Position numbers and translations under genes: made by a program. From assembly GCA_904063045.1 (NCBI GenBank), contig CAJFCJ010000001.1:3534001-3598000 (forward strand): DNA of 64,000 nt, given 5' to 3'. The notes under the pieces were generated by a model, which was not told the DNA's origin, made no database searches, and was given only the letters and a program-made list of their open reading frames with translations. The stretch comes from Dimorphilus gyrociliatus (Eukaryota; Animalia; Annelida). Position 1 is the stretch's first letter. Every line of letters starts with the position of its first letter. Below are positions 40,600 through 54,175 of this stretch, one piece after another.

Positions 40600-43500
40600 T
40601 CCTCTTCCTCATCCTTCTTCTCCTTCTTCTTTTATTTTTCATTATAAATATTGTATCGTTTGCTGTCTAGTTTGTAATGTCTTTTATAATAATGGTCTAA
40701 TCATACTTCTCGTCAGGGCAACCATTGTTTGTCAAGCATCTCCTTCAAGACTTCTTTTTCTATATTCATTTATTTTATTCCTAAATAAACAAGTTTCTTT
40801 TAAGAAAGATTCTATGCAGCTTTACGAGATGCGATGTAGTCGTAATACTGTAAGCATTCTATTCTTTCGAAAGGCGCCTTTGGAGACACTCGATAACTAT
40901 GTATATTGCTCGTTTTTTCCCCTTCTCTTTTCCCCCATTCTCCCTAACTCCTTCCACTATTTCTCCTCCAGTTTTCTTCTTCTTTTTGAATTAATCCATT
41001 TTCTAGAATTGAATACTGCCGAAAAATATATGCAAATAGAAAAATGTCACTTTGTGACATCTATAGGTGGACACTTTAAATATTCTTTTCTCCTCTCTCC
41101 CTCCCTCTTCAACGAATGTTCAGAGCGAAAGTAGAATGAGAGCGTTTTATAGAGGAGGGAAAACGCTCCTTTTCTGCCGTTATCGGACGAAGATCCATTT
41201 GCTAAAAGTATAATTAAGTGACCTAACGCATCTGTATTGGTGATTGAGATGAAACGAACAGATTTAAAGATAAGCAAGATTGGCATAATCCCCAAAAAAG
41301 GAGAGAAATCCTTCTATATTGGAGTAAAAACTATATAAAGCAGAAAGCTTTTATATAAATAGAAAGATTAAAAAGAGGGGGAATTGAATTGATAATGATT
41401 TCGGATAAAGAAATCTATGTATTAAAACTGATTAAGGCTTAATAGAATATATAAATATAAACATCTATATATATATTTATATATAGTTACAATTTACTAT
41501 TGAAATACAACTTTCATACATAAAATCATTGTTACTCTCCTCCTATCTTCTCTCTTGAATAGCGAAGACGATAAACAGGTACAGGTACTTTTCACTTTTA
41601 TTGTAATTACACAGTCATAATGATTATTTACGACCATCATTAAGCTATATTAAGAATATTTGCCATATTTGTTAAGAACGAGCATATGGGTTAAGGGATA
41701 GAAGTACCATTGAGAAAATTCTACAACTTTTTCGCCTAATGGCACTGCCAATAGGAAAGAGAAATGAACGACAGAAAAAAAAGAAATCAGAAAGTGATTC
41801 TTGATCGAGGAGAAATCTGTCATGGAAAACAGAAGAATTTGACATTCATATCAACGATTAAAAAGAAGAGAAGAGCAAAGGAAAACAGATAAGTCAGATG
41901 GATGTCTTTTTTTATATCACAAGTCAGGATTGGGAATTGCTACAGTGCCGATTTCTTTTTTCTCTTCTCCTCTCCTCTCCTCTCTTCTCCCCTCCTCTCC
42001 CTCTTCTTCCTTCTCCTCCTCTCTCCTCTCCTTTCTCCTCTCTCACTCCCTCTATAGAAAAAACACAAATTGACATTGTTTATATTAGCCAAATACAGTA
42101 TAATTAAAGTAATAGAAAAGCAATTTACTTCTCTATTAGCATGGCGCGGCTACAATGTTTCCATATTGAAACGATTACTTTTCCTGGTAGTCTCGGAAAC
42201 TCGTTTGATCCGCCTCTCCTCGATTAGAATAAAGAGATATATAAAACTTCCTCGGGCTCTCTTTCCCTTATTCAATCCGAAATATTTAGAACGATTGAAA
42301 TTTTCCCTTCACGTTTCATTTTAAAAGCATCATAAAATATTCAATTTCAACTGCCCAAATCTTCTAAGACCTTAATTTTCCCATTTATTTTTCCTATTCC
42401 CCGTTTGGTACCAGTTCCATACTTTGACTTGCTCTTTAACTTTTTCCCTCTATCCGCTACTCATTGGTGGGTCGTAACCTTTTCAAAAGAAACGTAACGT
42501 AGGACATTCCAACTTTCTTCAACTCTTATCTTTATCGTCTACTTTCTCTTTAACTTTTTTTTATTTTTTTTTTATATCTAGCCGTGTCTCTTTCTCTCTC
42601 TCTCTCTCTCTCTTAATTTTCAAGTGCCATTTCATTTGCCACCTAAATTACGAGGAGAAAGAAGACAATTATATTGAAGATTTCTATGATACCTACAATA
42701 ATATACTGTATAGATTCGCATATACTGTATATAGTCTATACGTTATACGGTGTAATTAAGATTGCACTAGCTGCACTATTTCCGGTTGCCAACTTGTAGC
42801 TAGAAAGTACAACTTCATTCGCAGAGTTGTTGTTTTATTAGAAGAAGCAGGTAATATAGATAATAATATAGTATAGATAGATAGATAGATAGATAGATAG
42901 ACAGTCGGAGAGGGGGAGGCGAATTGGGGAATGGGAGAAAATAAGGTTGTCAGCCATTTTAGTTTTTTTGCAAATAAAAGACTCTTCGAAGCGAAAAAGT
43001 TGATGGCTAAATGCGTTCAACTCATTGCAAAAGTTCAATAATTCCCTATTGATCGAATAATCTCATAAACTCATGCATATTTCCATCTGTATGTTTATAT
43101 ACAAATCTCGTCGGTTTATCTTGCCTCCGTCTATTAACTAAATAGAAACGGATTGTAGTTTGTCAACCTTGTTTACCTAAGCATCAGGCCAAATAAAGGA
43201 AGGTGGCTATATAATTCTTATCTAATCTTGTGTCATCTTATCAAACAAACAGGACCGCAAGCAATCCATTAAATTCTTTATTGTTGGTTGCTTATTCATT
43301 GGGTTGACGAATAAAAAATTCGAGTTGTTATTTCTTCTTCTTCTTCTTTTTCTTCTTTTTCTTCTACATTCAGACAAAAGCAGCAGAACCGATTAATAAA
43401 TTAGAGACGAAAGCCAACGAGCCAAATCACTCTCTTTCTATTTTCTTTAGTTCCCTTTTTTCTGTGTTGTTTGTCGATCTGTTTATCCGTACTGTCTGTC

Positions 43501-44902
43501 TCTCTTTCTTTTCTTTTTCTATTTGTTTCTTTCACTTTTTTTCGTTTTTTCTTTCTTTCTTTCTTTCATCCTCCCTTTCTTTCTTTCTTTCCTTCTTTCT
43601 TTATTTCTCTCTCTCTCTTCTCCCCTGCTCCTGCTCCTCCTCCTTTGCCCTCAATCATCGATCTATCTAAACGTCGTTTAAGCCTTGATGAACTTTAAAT
43701 ATAGTAGTCTTCAAGAAATCTTCCATTTGATTAAACCCGTCAACAGATACTACAAGTCGCTAAATTGATTATCAAAGCTATTAAAACAAAAGTCTCATGT
43801 TATAAGATCATTTATTTATTGTTCTATTAAAATATTGATATAAATAAATAAGTCTACTTTTTGTTTTTCGCCCATAAACTTGGCTCTATTTTATATTGAT
43901 ATAATTCAAATGTATATACAGTATATACTGTATATATGCGCACAGTATGTATGCTTATTATTTACATACACTCTATATGGAATGTATAACTGACTACAGA
44001 GGCAAGACCATTTTAATCAAGAGTTCAAGTGGCGATAGATGAAGAGCTAATATTGTAAACGTTTCGCTTTACATCTAATAGACTAGACTATCTTACTGGC
44101 GGATCGTAAATGAGAGCTGGCCGAGAAGGGTAAGATATAGACGTTAGCTAACGGATAGAAGGGAATATATATATATATATATATAAATAGAGAGAGAGAG
44201 AGAGAGAGAGAAAGAGAAAAAGAAAAAGAACGGGGAGAGAGAGAGAGAGTGAAGGACGGAAGGAAGGGAAAATAAAAAGAAAAAGAATAAATCAAATTAT
44301 ACCCTTACTTATAAAAATCATAAACGTTAAAAAGGGAAAAAGACATCAACAACAAATGAGATAAATAAAAAGAAAAAGATAGATAGAAAGAAAGAAAAAA
44401 AGATAAATAAACAGATAGACAGAACGAGAAAAAGACAAAAAATGGATAAAGAAACGATGCAAAACGGTTACGGAATTTAGGTAAAAAGAAACATAAATAA
44501 CGATTGTTTGATAATAGATAATACTAGTAGAATAAAAATTTTGACATTAGTTTTTATACAGTAGTTGCTAATATAGGGCTAATTCGTTGAGAAATTATCT
44601 TATCATTTACCGATTTTTATCACTATAACAAGAAAAATAAAGCAAAAAAACGAAAGACAAGGATCATATCTTGATTGCAATCTTTTCTTTTTGACATTTT
44701 TCCGCCGTCGCGTAATACGAAAGAGAGTAGCTTATAGCCTATCAAAATTGAGCGTCGCTTTGGCGCTAGCAGCCTGCATTCGACGCCCAACCATCGTAAC
44801 GCGACCGTCGAAAAACTCCTTATCTTTTTTATATCATTTTCGCCTCTTTATACAGTCATAAAGATAAGGTTTATTCATTTACAGCATTCAATTTTCATTT
44901 TA

Positions 44903-45201
44903 ATGCCAGTTATGAATGCGACAATATCTACGGAAACGGAAGTTGGGTTGTTGAAGCAAATTTCACTTGGTATTTTCTTAGGATTGATCGTCCTTTTGAC
45001 GATTATTGGTAATTTATTGGTTATTGGAGCCGTTTTAATCGATTACTCTCTCAGGACTTGTACGAATTATTTTATATTATCCTTGGCCATAGCCGATTTG
45101 CTTTTGGGCATTTTAGGCAAGTTTTTTTCTCTTTTTTTTTTTTTTTTCTCATCCCATTTTTTTTATTATATTTCATTATTTATCACATCGTTCTCTCTCC
45201 C

Positions 45202-45239
<38 letters not shown>

Positions 45240-45505
45240 ACTCTTCTATTTGTCTCGTTTTTTTTTCTTTTTACCCCTACTACCTCTTCTTTTTTTTTCA
45301 ATTGTTTGTTCGATATCGAGTCTATCCTTTTTAACCTTTGTTTTCTCCATATTATTACCTAGATGTCTGTTCGTATAGTCTTAATAAAGTTTCTAGTAAA
45401 TGTCCACCCCTCTTCGTTCTATTCTTTCCTTCTTTCGTTTTTTTTCACCCTTATTTCGCTCACTCTCTGCATTCCTACTTACTTACTTACTCATTCACTT
45501 TCTCT

Positions 45506-45536
<31 letters not shown>

Positions 45537-48500
45537 AACGATTTTCGTTGGATGAGAAATTTCTTGAGAATAAATAATAAATGTGTTTATTCTGCAACAG
45601 TCGTGTACAGCTCCAACAGCAGTGTACACAACTGAAATTTTTACAGTTATTTATCATTTTTCAAACAGTCTTTCCTTTTAAAACCAAAATCTACAATTTC
45701 AAGTTGAAAGTGAACATTTTTATCTCTTCTCCTACTCCTCCTCATCCTTCTCCTTCTCTTTCACGTCTTTCTCTTCCTCTTCTCCTTTTCTGCCAACATA
45801 ACCATCAACACACCGCCGTCACCGCCGCCGCCACAGCAGCCGCTAAAAACGGTCAAAACTACACCCCCTCTTTCCTGGACGCCCACTTCGACAAACATCC
45901 GAAAAATGTCGAAAAGGATAAGTGCGCGAAGGAAAGGAGCATAAAGAAAAGGAAAAAAGGAAACCGCCCACCTCCTCTTATTTCTTAGTAGCCTCTTTAG
46001 TTGGTATTCCATTGCGGTGCGATAAATTATATAACGCTAATTAGGTTTCCCGCAATAAGAAATCGGTGAAAAGAAAGAAATTTTTTTCGTGCGCTTGCCA
46101 AAAAATCTGCAAAGTCTATATACTTGTATATATACGTATATATATATATATATATATATAGTGTATGAAATCAACCAGCCAGCCAGCCAGTCAGTCAGTC
46201 GGTGTATTTAACACATGCGTAGAGGATAAAAGTTGAAAAACGAAAGGCTAGGAAAGAGCGAGACGATTAAGAGCCTCTGATCGAGCTTCAATTTCAATCC
46301 AGACGTTTATGTTTATAGGCCTAAAAGCGGATATTCATAAAAAATTTACTTAGGCTAATTTTTTTTTTTGCTAGTCAATAAATATCTCATGAAATCATCG
46401 ACAAAGTCGTTTGGTTAACTCGAATTTTCCTCTTCTTATTCTCTTCTTCTTTCCTTTTCTTCATATAAGACTTTTCATTTCTCCTATTTCACTCTGATAT
46501 TCTATTCCTTCATCTTCTTTTCGTCTTTCTTCCTCTCTGCCTCTCCCTCCTTCCCTCCCTTTATCAATCTATCTGTCTCTCCTATTTAGTTGATATAAAA
46601 AAAAACTCTGCCTCTTTTAAGGAAAAAGAGAGAGGGGAGAGAGTTTAATAGAAGCAAACTCTTTAGAAAAATGAAAAGATAAGAGAGAATTTAAGAGTAG
46701 GGCATTATCGGGATGTTTCTTGTAGGAATGCGGATAAGAGGGTGGTAGTGAATAGGTAGGATGACTGAATGGACCGATAGGTGGATGGGTAGTTGGTTAA
46801 GAGGAGAACGAGAGAAGAGAAGAATGGTATATTTAGCGCATATATTGGACTGGATAAAATTTTATAAAAGGAAAAAAGGAGATAGAGAGAAATGGGAATG
46901 GTTTTATTTTTTATCATTGTCCAAAAAGATTATCAATATTGTCGTAGAGAGAAAGAGAGGCGGAAAGAAAAATAGAGAGGGAGTGGGAGAGAGAGAGAGA
47001 GAGATTACTATTGCTAATTGAATTAAAAGTGATTAAAAATTAAGTTACTCTTTTTCTGTTTTTTTTTTACAGTTTTGCCATTCAGTCTATTAAACGAGGT
47101 GCTTGGAAAATGGATAATAGGCCAGGAAATGTGCGTTATTTGGTGTGTGGTCGACGTTTTATGTTGTACAGCATCAATCCTAAATTTACTAATAATCTCA
47201 TTGGATCGTTGGTTAGCAATTTCTTACCCCATGAGATATCATTCGTTCGCCACTCGAAAACGTGCAATAATTGCCATTATATTAGTATGGTTCCTGTCAG
47301 TCTTGATTTGTTTACCGCCAGTTTTTGGTTGGCGAAAGGAACCTACTGATGAAAACAAATGTGAGTTAACAGATGAAATTGGATATGTGATTTATTCTGC
47401 ATTAGGATCATTTTGGATTCCGTCTATTATTCTAATAATTGTTTATTCAAGAATTTACGTTGTCGCCGCAAGACAAACTAAACAAATCGCAAAACAGCAA
47501 GCCCAGCTTGGTGAAATTAAAGGTCATCGATCAATCGCCAATAAATTATAGGAGGAAAAAAAGAATCATAAAAATCACAGAGTATCCTACAGATAGAGAG
47601 AGAGAGATCAGAATCGTACAGAATATACATATATATATATATTTATATATATTTATATTTATATATATATATGTATATTTATGTTTGTACTTTTATACAC
47701 ATTAGTAAAAGAATAGCAAACAAGAATAGTAGTGTTTATAGGAGGGGAAAAATCCTTAGAAAGAGAAAAAGATAAACTTTTCCTAATTGATAAATTCATA
47801 GCGTACGTTTTTATTTCTTCCATTTACCCAGCAGCTGCCCGTAATGGAAAACTCTTTACTTTTTTTCTTCCTTCTTTCCTTTAACCCCTATATCTTCCTC
47901 ATTCCCTACTCATACGTTCACTTTCTGTTTCTATATATATATAAAGATATATATATATATATAGTTGTCTCTCTCTATTCCTTCGTTCTCAATTTTCTCT
48001 AGCTATCTACAAATCTATCTATCCATTCATTCATCAATTCATCCATCTCACAATCTATCCGTCTATCTAATATCTATCCATATTTTTTCCTCCAAATTTT
48101 CTTCTATTTTTAAATACAGCCATGTATAGGACTACATATACAGTATATATTGCAGTATAGAACTATAAGATATACGTTGGTGAGTGTGAATATATATATA
48201 TTTGTTTGTTTTGTCTTTTGTGCTATTGCTTGCGTTTGCGTGACTCTGCTTCTTCTATTTTTCTCTTAACAAGTTCCGTCCCCGTGCTTTCTTTATCTTT
48301 CCATGTGGCCATATATTTTACTCACTTACTTGGTTACTTTCTATCTCTATTTTCCCTCATTTCTCTCTCTCTCTCTCTCCTTCTCTCGCACACAATCTCT
48401 ATCACTCTTCCTCGTGTATTCACTTACCCTGTCGCTATTGGTCAATAGTCAACGCTCTGCATTTGTTCAAGCTTATAGGAAAAATACTCAAAAGGAATAA

Positions 48501-49354
48501 TAAGAGTAGAAGAAACAAAGGCTTTTGTTTTTTTACCTTTCGAAAAAATGAAAATGATAATAATTAAAATAGTTTGGGGTGGGGAATAATTCTTTCATTT
48601 ACGGATAGGCCTATACTATTATTTAAAAATCAATCTGTACAAAGAATAGAGAGAAAAACAGAGAACGCCAGTGACTGACTGACTGGCTGAATGAATGATT
48701 GAATGAATGAATAAATGGACGAGTAAGAAAGTACGCGAGTGAACGAACGAGAGAGCGAGCTAGTAATAGAAAGAAGCAGAGAGGGAAATTCCGAAGGTCT
48801 ATTAGGCCAATTTAAGGGAAAAATTGCCATAATAGGTGAATACATATTTTTTTTGATTAATGACCTTTAAAGAAGAAGAGACTCCCAGTGTTTCTTCCAG
48901 TCCAGCCATTAAGGTCAAGGACGCGCTACCCTTGAGAAAATTGAAGAAATTTGCTAAGGAGAAGCGGGCTGCAAAAACTTTGGCGGTGGTTGTTGGGACT
49001 TTTCTAGTGTGTTGGACGCCTTTTTTTACGGTTTACATACTGCACAATTTTGTTAGCGTACCGAAAACTCTATTCAAAATTGTATTCTGGTTGGGATACT
49101 GCAATTCGGCACTCAACCCGATGATTTATCCATTCTTTAGCAGAGACTTTAGAACAGCAATGAAAAAAATGCTAAGTAAAATATTCTGTCGTTGGGAGAA
49201 GAGTATCGACAATTATAGGAGGTCATCAGGTGCAACAACGACGAGACTTAAAGATGCCTCGAGAACAACGACAATGGAATTTTACGCCGACGAAACAAGT
49301 AGAGTGGAACTCCGCCAAAAGAAAGAATCGAGAAGTTTATTGGATAAGAAATAA
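44903..49354 (+). CDS. ADRA1: Alpha1-adrenergic-receptor-like aminergic GPCR, about 377-381 aa; exons 44903..45116, 47073..47510 (or 47522), 48873..49354
   Basis: TM3 VDVLCCTASI, YSALGSF, RIYVVA, KFAKEKRAAKTL, FKIVFWLGYCNS and NPMIYP. RxYVVA, FKIVFWLGY and IYP are alpha1-type features and fit better than octopamine alpha or Dop1R2 receptors. Intron 1 requires a GC donor (AG|GCAAGT). Confidence 0.8.
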
Positions 49355-49711
49355 TTTGAAATATTTTAGAGACGTTTCTAATATTCTGTTTATTTGGCGA
49401 CAATAACAAAGAATCAACATGACGTCCTGGAAATGGAGAGATTAACTTGTAAAGCTCAGTTGTCAGAATAGGATAATCTCGGCGTTCTGTATTTTTGGTT
49501 CATTAAACCTGCAATCAAACATTTTTTTTCCTTCGTTAATAGTTTCATCAATTTTATTAGGATTTGAACTATTTTCGTACAAAAAACCAAAGCAAAGATA
49601 AGTTGAAAATCTCTTTTTTTAACTAAGGCAAATTCAACAGTGCAATATTGAATACAAAAAGTATAAATACATACTTATGTACACTATACTGTATATTCAG
49701 TTTATATATTA

Positions 49712-49713
<2 letters not shown>

Positions 49714-49760
<47 letters not shown>

Positions 49761-49779
49761 CATATATATCTATATATAG
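49714..49779. repeat. (TA)n microsatellite in the 3' region of the adrenergic-like receptor
   Basis: Seen directly. Confidence 0.95.
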
Positions 49780-50319
49780 ATATTTATTTATATATTTATT
49801 TAATAAAATAATTAAAATATCGAATGGAAGGCGTTGAATTGTAAATGGCAAGAAATAAAACTCTCTCATTCTCCTCCTCCTCCTCCTCCTCCTCCTCTAT
49901 TATGGACACAACTTAAATAGCTATATATACAATATTTATTTATATAATTCATTAACTATATAGATATATGTTCATTAACTATTTAAAAAGCCTACATTAG
50001 CTATTTATCTATCATATTACAGTTTGATAAACTACCAACAACATTAGACGATATTCTTATACGACTACAAATGGATAAAAAAAATCCTATTGAGTATGTA
50101 GTTTGGCGATTACGAACATATTACGGAATATATTATACTCTCTTCTCCCTATCTATCCACCCCATCTCTTTCATTCACTCGCTCACTCACCCACCCACCA
50201 ACCCACACACTCAGTCACTCACTCACTCACTCACTCGCTCTTCGTCCCCTGCCCTATCTCGCCGACTGCCATCCACGTAAACCCATACAACCACCCAGGC
50301 AGCCGGAGACTGCTTGACG

Positions 50320-50359
<40 letters not shown>

Positions 50360-53300
50360 TTCCCTCTTCTCTTGTTTAATCTGTAAACCACATTAAACCT
50401 ATTTGTAAAAAGAGCCGAGAAAATTGGATAAATTTCTTGTTTATTTAATTAATTGCTAAGATTAGAGAAATGGTTTATTTTAAGAGTAAAAGAAAGAGAG
50501 AAAGAGAGAAAGAGAGCAGGAAAAGATCTAGAGGGAAAAATTAAAACAAAACAACTTTGCATTATCGCTAATACCATTAATTTACTTTTCCTCTTCTCTT
50601 CTATTCCCTTCCTGTACCGTTTCTTTGGCTTCTTTTAATTAGGCAGTGATAAAAATAATGTTATCGAAACAAAATACAGCGATAATTAAGTAAGGAGTCT
50701 AGTTTGCTAAACGCCCCATTCGAGTTGTTGACAGTAATCAAAGTACAGCCATTAGACTCGTGCACGAGAGAAAAGGCGCTCGAGTAGAGGCTAAAAGAGA
50801 TGCCCAATCGGTCAAACACGGTTGAGAGGCATTGCGATTTAAGCAGTTAATTTAGACGGTTAACCTAACTGACAGTCTGTAAGCTAGCGAATTGACTGGA
50901 TGACAAAAAGTAATTGGTCAATCTTTAATTAATGATTTAAATGATGGTGTCTAGCCAATAATTTACAATCAAAATATACAAGTTGATTATCCGGTGAAAG
51001 CCTACAAAGGAAAAACTAGTTTGACTTTCTATTTCCAGATCAAGAAACTCATTGACCTGAATCGTGACTCGTCTAATAATCGAATCCTAGCATCGATTTG
51101 ATATAGAAAGTGTTGATCCAAAGGAAATTGACCTGTGTTTGTTGAGCTTTTTTATTTCGAGCTATTCATAGGATTTTGTAAAGCTATACTTGCTTTACCT
51201 AAAAAACTTTCAGTCAATAATTTTTCATATTACACATTTTAGAGAAAAAAGATGAAATGCTTTCCAATTTCTTGCCCTTGCTCGAAATCTCCGTCTCTCA
51301 ATATGTGTCTGTCTTTATCTCTCTCTCTCTCTCGCTTACTTGCTTACTTACTCATTCATTCATTCATTCATTCTCGCTCCCTCCCTCGTTCCCTCCCCCG
51401 CTCCCTCTCTCCCTCCCTCTCCTCCCTTAAACAATTCCCCCATGCCTTACGTCTATGTGATTCCTTTAGTTTCGACCAGTCGAACAGACACCCACATAAA
51501 CATTACTTTTTTTTTATTTTTTTCCATATACAAGGAAATCCTTTTTGCAACAAATCGCGTCTAATTCAGCCTCTGATCGAGAGACGCTTCACTGTCTCTT
51601 CATCTCTTCATACCAAAAGTTATGTCTAGCGATTGTTAACATTTCTTCGCAATAATCAAATACAAGAAGCTCCAAGCTTAAATTAGAAGCGTCTAAATTT
51701 CTCTGGAGGATGAGTCTTTTTTACTGCTCCAAGATTCTCTTAGATATTCTACAATAAAGGAAAGTCTTGCAGCAAATACTGCCTGCAAATCCATCGAGAA
51801 TATGATATGCAGATACTTTATTATAGGCCTAAATACAACTAGAAATAAACTAATAGTACTTTTTTTTTTTATCATTCCTCTATATTTTAAAACCAATTTC
51901 TATTTTTATTTTTCCTTAATCCTTTACTCTATGTGTGTGTGTGTGTGTGTCTTTATCCCTATCCAGTATATATATACACAATACACATTTATATGTCCCT
52001 TTCTTTATAACCCCCCATCCCCGTTCTCCCACTCTCTGTCTCCCTTCCTTTTCCATTTTTCTTTCCCTTTTTTCCTTTTACATCAGTTTATTAGCTAAAA
52101 TCCATCCAATGGAGTGTATACTTAGTCGTCTACCTCACCTATATATATGTTGCCTAAATAGACAGATAAACGAACTTCACATAGAGCATTAGATGTATCT
52201 ATTGACGCCCATTGGTACATTTATCTATATATATATATATATATTCATATTTATTTATTCTTATGCTATTTTCAACCATTTCACCTAAATCGAATGTTGA
52301 AGACCTTTTAATTTTGCTTATTTGTGTTTATTTTGTTTTTTTTAAGAATAAAAATTCTCCTCTTTTCAAGTCTGCTCACGTTTTTCTTTTGCAAACGCCA
52401 AACTTTCCCACAAATCAACTCCCTAGATTCAATAAACAGACGTTGGGTGCGTGATGAACGTTGACCTTTTTTATTCTTCGATCTCGCTTTTCTTCCAATT
52501 TATTACGCTCTAAAAGTGTTTACAATCGACGCGTGAATGACGCCGATGAAAACATCCTTTGCATTACTATTTATCTATCTAGCCATCCATCCATCCATCG
52601 CAGCCCCTTCACTTCCCGCCACCCACAACCAAATATAGAAGGGTGTAAAATAGAATGGGCGTTACTAACTATGAGCTGCCTAATATTGCATTTCAACAGG
52701 CAGAACTTATATAGGTTATACGCAATCTGCAAGAGAATTTCCCAGCCGACATGCCCGCTCATTGCCAAACCCGACAGTAGTAGTATTTTTTTCCTCACTC
52801 GTATTATCTCGCTCACTCTTTTCAGCAACTGTAGAAGAAATTCCAACATAAATTTGCCAATAAATGCTCGGCTCTTTTCTGCTGAAAATTACTCAAAATC
52901 AGAGTGTCATGCGCTGGAAAGCTGCTACGGAATATTTGTTATAATAAGTCGAATTGAGCATGACTATTCCTAATTGCTCACTGTCACAAGCGCTTTACTA
53001 AATCAATCTAAACAACTAGAAAAAAAAAAGTACCAGTAACTTTTTGCCCTAAATAGAAAAAGAGTAAAGGAATACGACAAATTGTAAGATAACAAGAGAG
53101 AAAGAAAAGAAGAAAATAACTTTTGACAATTACACAATTATACTCTCTCTTCTTTCCCCCTCGTCACACGCCCGAAACGTCGCCTCTGCTGAACTAATTT
53201 TCCAACAAAACTAATAAGACACCTGTTTCAACAATTTCAATATATTTTCCAATAGATAACAAATATTCTACTTTGTTTTTTTCTTTTAATCCACTAACTT

Positions 53301-53872
53301 TTAACTCTTTTTCACCTCTGTTTTATCTATTATCGCCCTTTATTCAGTTTAGATATTCTTACGAATAATGTTTTAAAAGGCAGCCCAAAAATTTACCAGG
53401 GCAGCCAAGTTTAAAAAAAGAGAGTTGAAAGGTATCTTTAGGCAGAATGGAGCACTCTCTCCCTCGTTCTCTTTCTCTTACTTTTTCTTTCTTTCTTTCT
53501 TTCTTCCTCTCTCTCTCTCTCTCTCTCTCTCGCTCTCTCTTTCTCACTTTGTCTATCTATCTACCTATCTATCTCCCTTTTCCCTACTCCCTTCCTCTCC
53601 CTCTTCTCCCCTCCATATCTATCTGTCTGTCTTTCTTTGACAAAACTCTTTATTCGGCGCTGTCTAAATCAACAGCCCCGTAGCTGCGTATTACAGAAAC
53701 ATTACATAAATCCTTAATTCATTTCTTTTAGGCAAAGAATAACTCATTCGATTTTCATCTCTCTGCCTCTTTTTTATCTTTCGACAAAAATTCGTCGCCA
53801 ACTTGTTTCCAGATGTCGCTATTAACCCTTGTAAATTTTTTTTATCACCTAGCAAGCCTACTTTCCTTTCAG

Positions 53873-53880
53873 TCACGTGA
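53873..53880. promoter_or_regulatory. Palindromic E-box (TCACGTGA, USF/MITF-type) about 65 bp upstream of the CYP start codon
   Basis: The sequence GTCACGTGAT is seen directly. Function is inferred from position only. Confidence 0.35.
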
Positions 53881-53945
53881 TTGAATCAATACTGCATAAA
53901 CACGCAAAAACATATTTGTTTTGAGAATTTACCGGCTGATTCGGA

Positions 53946-54128
53946 ATGTTTTGGTTTTTAACGACACTTTTGCTATTACCAACGATTATTTTGCCATTGT
54001 TCTATTGGTAAGTTCAAGTATCGATGATGCATCTTTATATATTTTACGAGCCATAAATTATTGGTAAGCGTTTAATGGGCGAGAAGAACAATAACAATAA
54101 CAAGAGAGAAAGAGAATGAGTTCGAGGC

Positions 54129-54175
<47 letters not shown>

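Noticed and set aside
52716-52828. Minus-strand exon-like stretch AEKSERDNTSEEKNTTTVGFGNERACRLGNSLADCV* with a C-x8-C motif reminiscent of molluscan calcitonin-type rings
   Set aside because: I found no signal-peptide exon, no dibasic site before the ring and no downstream exon with a C-terminal Pro-Gly-basic motif. The resemblance may be chance; stranded RNA-seq would settle it.
52461-52973. 170-aa plus-strand ORF
   Set aside because: No recognisable domain or splice context, and it includes a (CATC)n repeat.
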